DNA of 52,713 nt from a virus (lineage: Duplodnaviria > Caudoviricetes), in IMG/VR virus record IMGVR_UViG_3300037882_001471, positions 1 through 52,713 of that record. The stretch is one strand, 5' to 3'. Numbering within the stretch: position 1 is the first letter of the stretch; every line of letters begins with the position of its first letter. A model generated the notes under the pieces. That model was not told the origin of the DNA. It was given only the letters and a program-made list of their open reading frames with translations, and did not search any database. Shown piece after piece: positions 35,134 through 44,419 of the stretch. Made by a program: the position numbers and the translations under genes.

Positions 35134-35934
35134 ATGAAAAAGCTCCTGCTTGCCACCAGTTTCCTTGCGAATCTCGCAGCATTCGCCAACTCCAACGCCG
35201 CATCCAAGCTCTACGTTTGCGCGACTGCACAAAATTCCGATCTCGATCAGTCTGAATTCGAAGCCCTTGAATGGGTAGAAATCGGCGCGGTAGGATCGCG
35301 CGGTGAGATGGGTAAAACCACCAACATGCTCACCTACAACACTTGGAACACAAGTGTTTCTCAGAAAGCCAAAGGTACGACCGATGCCGGTTCGCCGGAA
35401 CTCGAAGTCGCCCGCCTACCTGGTGATGCCGGTCAGGATATTCTCCGCACCGCTGCCGCTGTCGGCAACAACAACAACTATGCCTTCAAAGAAGTTCGCG
35501 CCGATGGCACGACTGCCGATAACGGCACGGTGATCTATAACCGTGGCCTTGTCAGCGGCCCGCGCCGCCCCGGTGGTCGCAACGAAGATTTCGATGTGGA
35601 AATCTACACGCTCGGCTTCCAGCAGGAAGAAGTGCTGGTCGATCCCACCAGCGCTGGTGTTGCTCCGTATGTCACGGCCAACCCCGCCATCACCGGCACT
35701 GCCGAAGACGGCGAAACGCTTACCCTCGGCAATGGCACATGGGCTGGCGATGCCACGATCACTTACGCTTACGACTGGTACGCCAACAACGTCAAGCTGG
35801 CCGGTCAGAACGCAAGCACGCTGTTGCTCGCCACGTCGCATGTCGGTAAACGCATTACCGGTCGCGTCACGGCAAGCAATAACAGCGGCAAGGGCTACGC
35901 TACCACGGCTCCGACTGCGGCGGTTGGTGCGTAA
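35134..35934 (+). CDS. major tail tube protein with C-terminal Ig-like domain
   Basis: WVEIGAVGS.GE.G, K.KGTTDAG, DAGQ..L; synteny before chaperone and tape measure. Confidence 0.85.
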   Translation: MKKLLLATSFLANLAAFANSNAASKLYVCATAQNSDLDQSEFEALEWVEIGAVGSRGEMGKTTNMLTYNTWNTSVSQKAKGTTDAGSPELEVARLPGDAGQDILRTAAAVGNNNNYAFKEVRADGTTADNGTVIYNRGLVSGPRRPGGRNEDFDVEIYTLGFQQEEVLVDPTSAGVAPYVTANPAITGTAEDGETLTLGNGTWAGDATITYAYDWYANNVKLAGQNASTLLLATSHVGKRITGRVTASNNSGKGYATTAPTAAVGA

Positions 35935-35966
35935 TCGATAACTGAAGGCAAAAGGAGCAAACCAAA

Positions 35967-36392
35967 ATGGATTTAAGTACCCTCAAGCCGGGTGAGAGGA
36001 TCATCGAGATCGTTCACCCGGCTACGAAAGAACCAGTCGGCATTCGCGTTTCGCTGGTGCATATTCAGGATGAGAGCTTGAAAAAGCTCAAGCGCCAGTT
36101 TCAGGACGAGCGCTATCGCCTCGAATCGAAGGGTAAACATTTCAAGGCTGAGAACGTCGAAAACAACCTCAATGAGTTGAATTTCGCCGTCATCAAAAGC
36201 TGGGAATGGTACAATCCGACCGGCACGAAAGGCGACGAGGGTTTTGACGAATCCAAGCACGCCAACTGGAAGGGTGAAAAATCACCCGTGCTGAATAAAA
36301 AGAACGTGTTCGACATCTTCGAAACGCTCCCGTGGTTCCGTGATCAGATCGGAACAGAAATGGGAGATGACGAGGCTTTTTTTCCTCACTGA
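35967..36392 (+). CDS. tail assembly chaperone (gpG-like)
   Basis: IVHPATKEPVGIRV, PWFRDQI, ends in slippery T TTT TTT. Confidence 0.8.
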   Translation: MDLSTLKPGERIIEIVHPATKEPVGIRVSLVHIQDESLKKLKRQFQDERYRLESKGKHFKAENVENNLNELNFAVIKSWEWYNPTGTKGDEGFDESKHANWKGEKSPVLNKKNVFDIFETLPWFRDQIGTEMGDDEAFFPH

Positions 36393-36805
36393 AGGCCGAA
36401 CTTCAGGACTCGGTACGGATTTACGTTCGGTACGAAATCCCCAACGACGCAGGCGAAACTCGGCGCGAGCGAAATGAGCGCGCCAATGAGCCTACGCCTG
36501 AATTTTCCATTCCTGAAAACGGCAGATTTCTTTGGGATATTTACTTCAAAATAGCCGAGTGCGTCAGCCGCACGCGCGACGGCATTTATCAGCTAATTCC
36601 ACCATCCGAATATGAGGTGTGGTTTCGCCTGATGGATATGCTTGTTTATCCAAGTGAATATGATATTCTAGTCGCAATGGATCGCGCGTTTTGCGATGAG
36701 GCAAATAAGGAGCTAGAAGATAAAAGGAGCAGACAGCAAGAGGAACAGCAGCGCCAAGTTGATCTAGCAAAAAGTCAACGGGGTAGCAGGGGGAAAGCCA
36801 AATGA
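36377..36805 (+). CDS. -1 frameshift extension of tail assembly chaperone (gpGT-like)
   Basis: T7 run 36377-36383; -1 frame open without stop to TGA at 36803-36805, overlapping tape measure start. Confidence 0.8.
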   Translation, partial: FFSSLKAELQDSVRIYVRYEIPNDAGETRRERNERANEPTPEFSIPENGRFLWDIYFKIAECVSRTRDGIYQLIPPSEYEVWFRLMDMLVYPSEYDILVAMDRAFCDEANKELEDKRSRQQEEQQRQVDLAKSQRGSRGKAK

Positions 36806-39174
36806 CAGATATTGCAGAACTTGCTTTCCGCGTCCAAACCGCTGAACTCGACAAGGCCGCTCAGAAACTTGATAAGATCAAGATTGCCGCCTCCGGCGTT
36901 TCCGCCGCCAGCACTCAGACCGCTGCCGTTGTAGAAGGCGCAGCAGTGCGCGTAAGCGCTGCCAAGACATCAATGGCGCGCGCTGACGCTGCGGAAGCTA
37001 CTGCGGCGCTCAAACGCCTTCAGGTGACTAAACAGGCCACACAAGAAGAACTCGCTGCCGCGCGCGCGCTGTCAGCCAAAACGAAATTGGCGCTCGCTGA
37101 CGCTGTTGCAGAACAGCGCCGTGCAAAAGCCCTCTTGGACGCTGCGGCTGCGCAGAAAGCCTCTACAGCGGCACAGCGCGTGGCATTCGGCAACGCTACC
37201 AGCACTTCCCTCGGCGCGACTCAATATCGCGGCCCTGCGCTCGCGGTAAACAACGGGCCGCAAGCGCCAGGTACGCCGAACGATCAGATGCCCAATCGCT
37301 TTAACACAGCGAACATCGCCGCGCAGTTTCAGGACATCGGCGTGACCGCTGCGATGGGCATGAATCCGATGATCATTGCGCTGCAACAGGGTACGCAGTT
37401 GGCGGCGATCATGAACAGTATGCAGAAGCCGATGCAGGGTCTTGCGATCGCGTTCAAGCAGATTTTCAATGCTACCTCGCTTTGGACAATCGGCATTGTC
37501 GCTGCTGTCGCCGCGCTGCTGCAATTCGTCAACTGGACGAGTGTTGCGAAGACCAGCCTGAATCTTTTGGCAGATGGGATTCAGCTTTTACTGCCCTATC
37601 TGGCGGCGATTGCAGCGGGGCTGATGCTGATTTATTCCCGCACGATCATCGCCGGCATCGCATCCCTCGCTACCACGATGGTATCTCTTGCTGCAACCGC
37701 GCTGGCAACCGGTGCGAAGATGGCGATGGCATGGATCATCGGTCTAGGCCCGATTGGATGGATTGCCGCCGCTATCGTGGCGCTCGGCGTGCTGTTTCAG
37801 ATGTTCGGTGTGAACGTGCTGGGTTATGTGAAGACCGCTGTAAATGGCATCGTCGGCGCGTTTGTCGGCGCATTTAATGCGGTCAAGGCGACGTGGAGAA
37901 TGTTACCCGGCGCTATGGGCGACATTGTGATCGGCACGGCAAATATCGTTCTGAAAAAGATCGGTGACATGATCAACGGCTTCATCAGCATGATCAACGG
38001 TCTGGCTGAAAGCCTGCCTGATTGGGCGAAGCCGAAAGACGGCGGTAAAATTACATGGAAGGCAGACCTTCAGATCGAAAATCCGTTCGAAGGTCAGGCC
38101 GCTGCTGCGGGTAAAGCTGCCGGTGACGCATTCAAGGAATCGATGAACGTCGATTATGTTGGCAAGGCGAATGAAGCCGTGCAGAACGTCGCTGATTCCA
38201 TTGCTGGAAAAATCCGTGAGTTCGCATCGGGTATCGGCAAAGAGAAAGATAAAAAGGGAAAGAAAGACCCTTGGGAAGAATTGGTGAAAGGCGCGGAACG
38301 CCAGATTGCCACGATGAAGGCTGAAGCTGAAGCTGTCGGCATGTCGGCAATGGCTGCTGCGAAGTTGAAATATGAAACCGAACTGCTCAATGAAGCGCAG
38401 CAAAAAAATATCAAGCTGACTCCTGAACAAAAGCAAAAAATCGATGAATTAGCGCAGGGAATGGCGACTGCCGAAATTCATGTAAAGCGCGTGAAGGATG
38501 CATTCGAATTTGGCAAAGATGCCGTGCAGGGTTTCTTCCAAGACATGAAACAAGGTTTGCAGGAAGGCAAGAGCCTGTGGGAATCGTTCGGCAATGCCGT
38601 CACCAACGTCCTGAATATAATCTTCGACAAAATGCTCGATAAAGGCACGAATTTACTGTGGGAAGGTTTGGACAAAATGATGGGCGGCGGCTCCGGTGGT
38701 TCCGGCAGCGCGGCTGGTAGCGGTATCGGCAGTTTCCTCTCCGACATCGGTGATTTCCTGTTCAGCGCAAAAGGCAATGCTTTCGGGCGTGGCGGCGCGA
38801 TGGCATTTGCCAAAGGCGGCGCATTCTCCAACAGCGTAGTAAACAGCACGACTCCTTTTGCATTTGCCAATGGCGGCAAATTCGGTGTGATGGGTGAGGC
38901 AGGGCCGGAAGCGGTCATGCCGCTGCATCGCGGCCCGGATGGTTCTCTCGGCGTGCGTACTGCCGGCAACGATAATAACGGCGGTGGAATCGCTGTGGTG
39001 AACATCTATAACAACGGCAATTCGAAGGTCACGACCGAGCAGCGCCAGTCATCGCGCGGTCTTGAAATTGATGTGATGATCGACCAGGCAACGGCGCAGA
39101 ACCTTTCACGTCAGGGTTCTGAATCACGCCGCGCGCTTGATACCGTGAACCAACGTCAACTGATTTCGAGGTAG
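36802..39174 (+). CDS. tail tape measure protein
   Basis: NIAAQFQDIGV...ALQQGTQL and C-terminal FAKGG...GVMGEAGPEAVMPL (lambda H-like). Confidence 0.92.
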   Translation: MTDIAELAFRVQTAELDKAAQKLDKIKIAASGVSAASTQTAAVVEGAAVRVSAAKTSMARADAAEATAALKRLQVTKQATQEELAAARALSAKTKLALADAVAEQRRAKALLDAAAAQKASTAAQRVAFGNATSTSLGATQYRGPALAVNNGPQAPGTPNDQMPNRFNTANIAAQFQDIGVTAAMGMNPMIIALQQGTQLAAIMNSMQKPMQGLAIAFKQIFNATSLWTIGIVAAVAALLQFVNWTSVAKTSLNLLADGIQLLLPYLAAIAAGLMLIYSRTIIAGIASLATTMVSLAATALATGAKMAMAWIIGLGPIGWIAAAIVALGVLFQMFGVNVLGYVKTAVNGIVGAFVGAFNAVKATWRMLPGAMGDIVIGTANIVLKKIGDMINGFISMINGLAESLPDWAKPKDGGKITWKADLQIENPFEGQAAAAGKAAGDAFKESMNVDYVGKANEAVQNVADSIAGKIREFASGIGKEKDKKGKKDPWEELVKGAERQIATMKAEAEAVGMSAMAAAKLKYETELLNEAQQKNIKLTPEQKQKIDELAQGMATAEIHVKRVKDAFEFGKDAVQGFFQDMKQGLQEGKSLWESFGNAVTNVLNIIFDKMLDKGTNLLWEGLDKMMGGGSGGSGSAAGSGIGSFLSDIGDFLFSAKGNAFGRGGAMAFAKGGAFSNSVVNSTTPFAFANGGKFGVMGEAGPEAVMPLHRGPDGSLGVRTAGNDNNGGGIAVVNIYNNGNSKVTTEQRQSSRGLEIDVMIDQATAQNLSRQGSESRRALDTVNQRQLISR

Positions 39175-39176
39175 TT

Positions 39177-39509
39177 ATGGCAGTGTGGCCCGCAACAGTT
39201 CCGGTTTCCAAAGATAGCTATAAAGAATCACCGCCGAATCGCGCCGTCCGTTCTTCGATGGACGTTGGCCCTGACAAGGTGCGTAAGCGCTCAACAGCAG
39301 CCGTGCGTGAGGTTGAAATTCGCATGATGCTCACCGATGATGAGTTGGAAGATTTCGATGAATTTTTCGATGAGAATGAAACACTGGTTTTTGACTTCAC
39401 CGATCCGCGTACCGATACGGAGAAGCGCGCTCGCTTCGCCAGCCGCCCGACCTATGATCTGAATCAAACGATGTGGTCTGTTTCCGTTAAATTGGAGTAT
39501 CTGCCTTGA
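39177..39509 (+). CDS. distal tail protein (lambda gpM-like)
   Basis: WP..., RSSMDVGP.K.R.R, FDFTDP; follows TMP. Confidence 0.75.
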   Translation: MAVWPATVPVSKDSYKESPPNRAVRSSMDVGPDKVRKRSTAAVREVEIRMMLTDDELEDFDEFFDENETLVFDFTDPRTDTEKRARFASRPTYDLNQTMWSVSVKLEYLP

Positions 39510-40003
39510 CAAGCGCCGCATTTAAACAGGCAGCATATGCGCAGCAGACCGATGAAGTTTTCGTTACTCTGGTCACTCTCGATAGTGATGAGTTGGAAGA
39601 ACCGATCCGCATTTGTGATGATCCGCATACACGGCTAGAAGAACTCGGTGACGATATTTACGGCATCGTCAGCAACGGTGAAACTTACGTTTTCATGCCG
39701 TTCGAAATCTGGCTTCCGCGTGATGACAAAACCGGAACCGTATCAGCGAAAATGTCAATTCAGAACACCGATCGTCGCATCGTAGAAACGGCGCGCAGAG
39801 TCACGCGCCCGGTAAACGTGCAGATGCAGTGCATTCTGGCGAGCGCACCGAATACCGTCGAAATCGAATTCAACAATTTCCAACTCTCCAATGTGAAGTA
39901 CGATGTGATGACCGTCGATGGTGATCTCACGCTGAACTATTGGGGGCTTGAGCCGTTTCCGTCTTGGTGTTTTACCCCCTCTAACTTTCCGGGGTTATTC
40001 TGA
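39506..40003 (+). CDS. tail tip protein (DUF1833 / gpL-like)
   Basis: PFEI.LP, EPFP...FTP..FPGLF. Confidence 0.8.
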   Translation: MTSAAFKQAAYAQQTDEVFVTLVTLDSDELEEPIRICDDPHTRLEELGDDIYGIVSNGETYVFMPFEIWLPRDDKTGTVSAKMSIQNTDRRIVETARRVTRPVNVQMQCILASAPNTVEIEFNNFQLSNVKYDVMTVDGDLTLNYWGLEPFPSWCFTPSNFPGLF

Positions 40004-40431
40004 TGGACACCAACAAATATATTCGCATTCCTTTTAAAGAGCACGGTCGCGGGCCTCACGGTGCTGACTGCTGGGGTTTGGCGTGCATCATCTTCAGGGA
40101 AGAACTCGGTATTGAGCTTCCGCTGATGGATGATGATTATGAGCATACCAAGGATAAAAAAATTTCCGATTTGATCAAATCCGGCTCCGTATTTTGGGAT
40201 GCGATACCCGCAGGGCAGGAGAAAGCCTTCGATGTCGCCGTGTTCCGTATGCTGGGACGGCCCATGCACATCGGCGTTGTGGTAAAGCCCGGTCGCATGA
40301 TACATTGCGAGCGCGGAAGCGGTGTTTATTTGACGGATTATAATAAAGAAGGCCAGTGGGATAAGCGGTTAGAAGGTTTTTACAGATATGCAACAAGTCC
40401 AAGCATCGCTTCTACCGTTTCACCTTCATAG
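40003..40431 (+). CDS. NlpC/P60 tail tip assembly protein (gpK-like)
   Basis: GADCWGL, HIGVVV, MIHC. Confidence 0.85.
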   Translation: MDTNKYIRIPFKEHGRGPHGADCWGLACIIFREELGIELPLMDDDYEHTKDKKISDLIKSGSVFWDAIPAGQEKAFDVAVFRMLGRPMHIGVVVKPGRMIHCERGSGVYLTDYNKEGQWDKRLEGFYRYATSPSIASTVSPS

Positions 40432-43400
40432 GCAAACGCTGGAAGTACCGAACGGGTTGACGCTCGACCAGATGGTTGATTGCGTCTTTCCGCATCGGAA
40501 AATTCCTGGCATCAAGATCGTCATCAACATTGGCGATCAGGTGATTCCACCTTCGCAGTGGAAGAATATCAAGCCCAAGGCGCATACGCTGGTAGGTATC
40601 AATGCTATCGCTGCTGGCGGCGGTGGCGGCAAAAAGAACCCCCTGACCGCGCTGATCGCTATCGCGCTCGTGGTGGCCGCGCCGTACATTGTGGCCGCGA
40701 TTGCGCCTACCGCTGCTGCGGCGGTGACTGCCGGCACTGCAACCTTCGGTCAAACCCTCGCTGTAAGCGCCATACGCATTGGTATCAGCATGGTAGGCTT
40801 CCTTGCTACGTCGATGCTATCCAGCGTGCCTAAACAGCGCGCACAGGCCGCTCCCAGCGCCGCAGAAGCCACCACGCAGTTCATCGAAGGCGCGAGCAAT
40901 AGTATCAACCGCTATGGCACGATCCCGGTCAACCTCGGCGTGAATCGCATGTTCCCGCCGCAGGCAGCGCTTCCCTATACGGAAACCTCTGCCAATAAGC
41001 AGTATGTTCGCCAGCTTTTCACTTATGGTTTCGGTAAGGTGCAAATCTCCGATCGCAAAATTGGCGAAACGGCGCTCAGTGAATATGACGGCGTTGAAAT
41101 TGTCGATCGCTTGAACGGTGATCTTAATACCGGTACGCCGCTATATTCAACTGATGTCGTGCAGGATGGTTATTCAGTTGTAGCTTCTGCGGCTGCTGGT
41201 TACATCACGCGCACGACTCAGCCGAATGTTGATGAGGCGCAGGTTGATCTCACGTTTTCATCTGGTTTGACCGAATACAATAGTCAAGCGCAGCGTCTAA
41301 ATCGCACGGTGAGTTTTGAGGTTCGTTATGCGCTCACTGGAACATCAGATTGGGTAAATAGAGCCGTCGATGTTAGCTATGGTGAGCAGAGCGTCACCGT
41401 GCCTTTCCCGACTGCATGGAATCCGACCACCGGCAAGCGCGTCGGATATGCAATTCTGGTGTTGAATCTCACCAATGGTGTTGTGAGCGCGGTGAGCTAT
41501 GATTTCGGCTCCACGCCGATCGTTCCTCTCAACTGCATTCGCATTGCATCTTTGCGCACTGAGAGCACTTCTACCACACCTAGCAGCGGTGATATTTTTA
41601 ATCTGATCGATGAGCGCGCGAATTACATTCCTTCGTTCATCGAAGCATCTGGCGATTTCGCTTTCACTTACGGTGGAACCGGGTTGAGTATCGATATTGC
41701 CACCGGTACTGTAAAAGGTAGCAACAATGGTGTAACCAACATCACCGTTACTGATGCAACGGCTCAAGCGCTGCGAATCACCAAATCGCTTAAATTCCCG
41801 ACGCGCGACCAATACGATATTCAGGTAAAACGCCTGACCGCTGATAGCGCGAGCGATCAAATCCGCGATGTTGCCACGCTCACTGCGATCCGCTCCATTC
41901 GTTATACGGCTCCCGTCAATCAGGAGAATGTATCAGGCTCGGCAATGCGCGTGCTGGCAACCGATCAACTGAACGGTACGATCGATCGTTATAACTGCAT
42001 CGCTTCCACGCTGATGAAAGATTACGATGCGACACTGGAAGAATGGATTGATGACGTGATTACGTCGAATCCGGCGAGCATTTATCGCTATGTTCTTCAG
42101 GCTACGGCATTCATTAAAGCGCTTCCTGACAATCGAATCGATCTCGAAAAATTGCAGGAATGGCACGCCTTCTGTTTGGAAAACAATCTTACATACAATC
42201 GCATCATCGATCAGCCTATCAGCATTGACGATCTGCTGAATGACATCGCTGCTGCGGGTATGGCAACACCGCACAAGATCAACGGCAATTATAGCGTGTT
42301 GATCGATAACGAGCGCCCTGACATCAAGGGTATGGTTACGCCGCGCAATAGCTGGGGCTACAACGGTTCGATCACTTATCCTGATTTGCCGCACGCTCTG
42401 CGCGTGCAATTCCGTAATGCTGCAAAGGGCTATATTCTCGATGAGCGTATTGTTTACGCTGATGGCTATGACGAAGAAACTGCTACGTTGTATGAGCGCC
42501 TTCAGTTCGATAGCTGCACGAATTCTGATCTCGCCTGGTTCTATGGGCGCATCTACATGGCAACCGTGCTCTTGCAGCCGGAAGTCCATAACTGGAACAT
42601 GGATTTCGAAAACCTGACGTTCAATCGTGGTGATAAAATTGTATTCGTCAACGATGTGATTCTCGTCGGTGTCGGACAGGGACGTATCAGAGAACTGATT
42701 TACGATGATCCTGATGATCCAACCGAAGTGCTAGGTTTCATCTTGGACGAAACGGTGAGCATTCCCACGGTGGATGATTTCGGCGTGCGGATTCGTCATG
42801 GTGACGCAAGCGGTTTCACCTATCACGGGCTTACGACAACCGTAGGTGAGATGGATGAATTCATGTTCACTACCGCGATTCCTATTGAAGATGCGCCGCC
42901 GCTTGACAGCCTTTGCGCCTTCACTGAATTCGGTAGTGAGTTGGAACTTGTCATCACCGAGATCAGGATGAATAAGGATCACAGCGCGAGCGTGACGGCG
43001 GTAAATTACGCGCCAGAGCGCTATGACGCAGTTTCCGGTGTGATTCCGCCATTTGATTCCAACATCACCCTGCCGGCCAATTTCTATCGCCCGCTGCCGC
43101 CTGTTCTCGCGGGTGAAATCCAGTCGGATGAAACTGTGATGCTTAAGAACAGCGATGGTTCATATACCACGCGCATGATCATTCCGCTTACCAACGACAA
43201 TGAGCCTTCGGTTCAAACAGTCGTGCGCGCGCGCGTAACCGGCGCAACTGAATTCTTCCGGCCAAACATTCTCAGCGCCACGGCAGAGCAGGTCATTCTG
43301 ACTGGTTTAGAAGATGGTACTTCATACGATCTGCGCATTTATTATCAGCGCCAGGGTGGTTTGGAACTACTGTCAAAATCGCTCGATCTGAACAACGTGC

Positions 43401-44419
43401 TCTATCGCGGTGCATTCGCAAAGCCTGCCGATGTTGAAGATTTCCACCTTACCGTCAGCGATTCGATTGGCCTTTTCCAATGGACGGCGAATCAGGACAT
43501 CGATCTTTCGCATTACACCATGCGCTTCAGCCGCGTCACGGATGGCGCAACATGGGTATCTTCGCAGATCGTTGCTGAAGACATCGTAGGTAACAGGCTC
43601 ACGATACCGATTCAATCCGGCACTTATTTGATCAAAGCCGTCGATATTCTCGGCAATGAAAGCGTCAACGCCAGCATCATCATCTCGATCGACAATGGCG
43701 CGCTCGGCAACGTGGTAGAAACTCTCACGCAGCAGCCTACATGGGCGGGCGTGATGGAGAACGTCGAAATTGACGATGATGATCGCATTATCCTCATCGA
43801 CCCTGAAGAAGTTGGTTATTATTATTTCGATCCTGCGCCTTTTGATTTGGGAGCGATTTATGAGAGCGTGCTTTCTTCTACTATTATCGCTGGTGGTATT
43901 TTTTACGATCCTGCACTTTCGGCTAAGATTCGCTCGCTGACATCGGTTCGCGGCGCTCCGTCAATTCGTGGTACGGAATCGTCCGATTGGGCGGTGTTCC
44001 TCGAATTCCGCAAGAGCATGGACGGTATAGATTGGGGTGATGGCTGGGTTCCCTTCATCGTCGGCAAGCACATCTTTGAATATGTGGAATTCCGCCTGCG
44101 CTTGGAATCCTACAATCCGCTGCTGAGTCCTTTTGTCAGCCAAGCATCGGTTGTCATCGACATGCCCGACAGAATTGAAAAAGCCGTCGATGTTGAATGC
44201 GATGCGAGCACTGGCGCGACGATCCTCTATGACGTGCCTTTCAAGAATAACCCCGCAGTGAATATCACATTGCAGGATGGTGAAGTAGATGATAAAATCG
44301 AGTATATTTCAAAGACTAACGCAGGGTTTCAGATTAAGGTGTATAACGGAACAGCAGCAGGTTATGTTGATCGCGTCTTTGATTATACATCGGCTGGATA
44401 TGGAAGGGTGATCTCATGA
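40388..44419 (+). CDS. central tail tip / host specificity protein (gpI-gpJ-like fusion)
   Basis: N-terminal ubiquitin-like/hydrophobic gpI part, IPVNLG..R..PP, SNPA, FN3-like repeats; 1343 aa. Confidence 0.88.
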   Translation: MQQVQASLLPFHLHRQTLEVPNGLTLDQMVDCVFPHRKIPGIKIVINIGDQVIPPSQWKNIKPKAHTLVGINAIAAGGGGGKKNPLTALIAIALVVAAPYIVAAIAPTAAAAVTAGTATFGQTLAVSAIRIGISMVGFLATSMLSSVPKQRAQAAPSAAEATTQFIEGASNSINRYGTIPVNLGVNRMFPPQAALPYTETSANKQYVRQLFTYGFGKVQISDRKIGETALSEYDGVEIVDRLNGDLNTGTPLYSTDVVQDGYSVVASAAAGYITRTTQPNVDEAQVDLTFSSGLTEYNSQAQRLNRTVSFEVRYALTGTSDWVNRAVDVSYGEQSVTVPFPTAWNPTTGKRVGYAILVLNLTNGVVSAVSYDFGSTPIVPLNCIRIASLRTESTSTTPSSGDIFNLIDERANYIPSFIEASGDFAFTYGGTGLSIDIATGTVKGSNNGVTNITVTDATAQALRITKSLKFPTRDQYDIQVKRLTADSASDQIRDVATLTAIRSIRYTAPVNQENVSGSAMRVLATDQLNGTIDRYNCIASTLMKDYDATLEEWIDDVITSNPASIYRYVLQATAFIKALPDNRIDLEKLQEWHAFCLENNLTYNRIIDQPISIDDLLNDIAAAGMATPHKINGNYSVLIDNERPDIKGMVTPRNSWGYNGSITYPDLPHALRVQFRNAAKGYILDERIVYADGYDEETATLYERLQFDSCTNSDLAWFYGRIYMATVLLQPEVHNWNMDFENLTFNRGDKIVFVNDVILVGVGQGRIRELIYDDPDDPTEVLGFILDETVSIPTVDDFGVRIRHGDASGFTYHGLTTTVGEMDEFMFTTAIPIEDAPPLDSLCAFTEFGSELELVITEIRMNKDHSASVTAVNYAPERYDAVSGVIPPFDSNITLPANFYRPLPPVLAGEIQSDETVMLKNSDGSYTTRMIIPLTNDNEPSVQTVVRARVTGATEFFRPNILSATAEQVILTGLEDGTSYDLRIYYQRQGGLELLSKSLDLNNVLYRGAFAKPADVEDFHLTVSDSIGLFQWTANQDIDLSHYTMRFSRVTDGATWVSSQIVAEDIVGNRLTIPIQSGTYLIKAVDILGNESVNASIIISIDNGALGNVVETLTQQPTWAGVMENVEIDDDDRIILIDPEEVGYYYFDPAPFDLGAIYESVLSSTIIAGGIFYDPALSAKIRSLTSVRGAPSIRGTESSDWAVFLEFRKSMDGIDWGDGWVPFIVGKHIFEYVEFRLRLESYNPLLSPFVSQASVVIDMPDRIEKAVDVECDASTGATILYDVPFKNNPAVNITLQDGEVDDKIEYISKTNAGFQIKVYNGTAAGYVDRVFDYTSAGYGRVIS

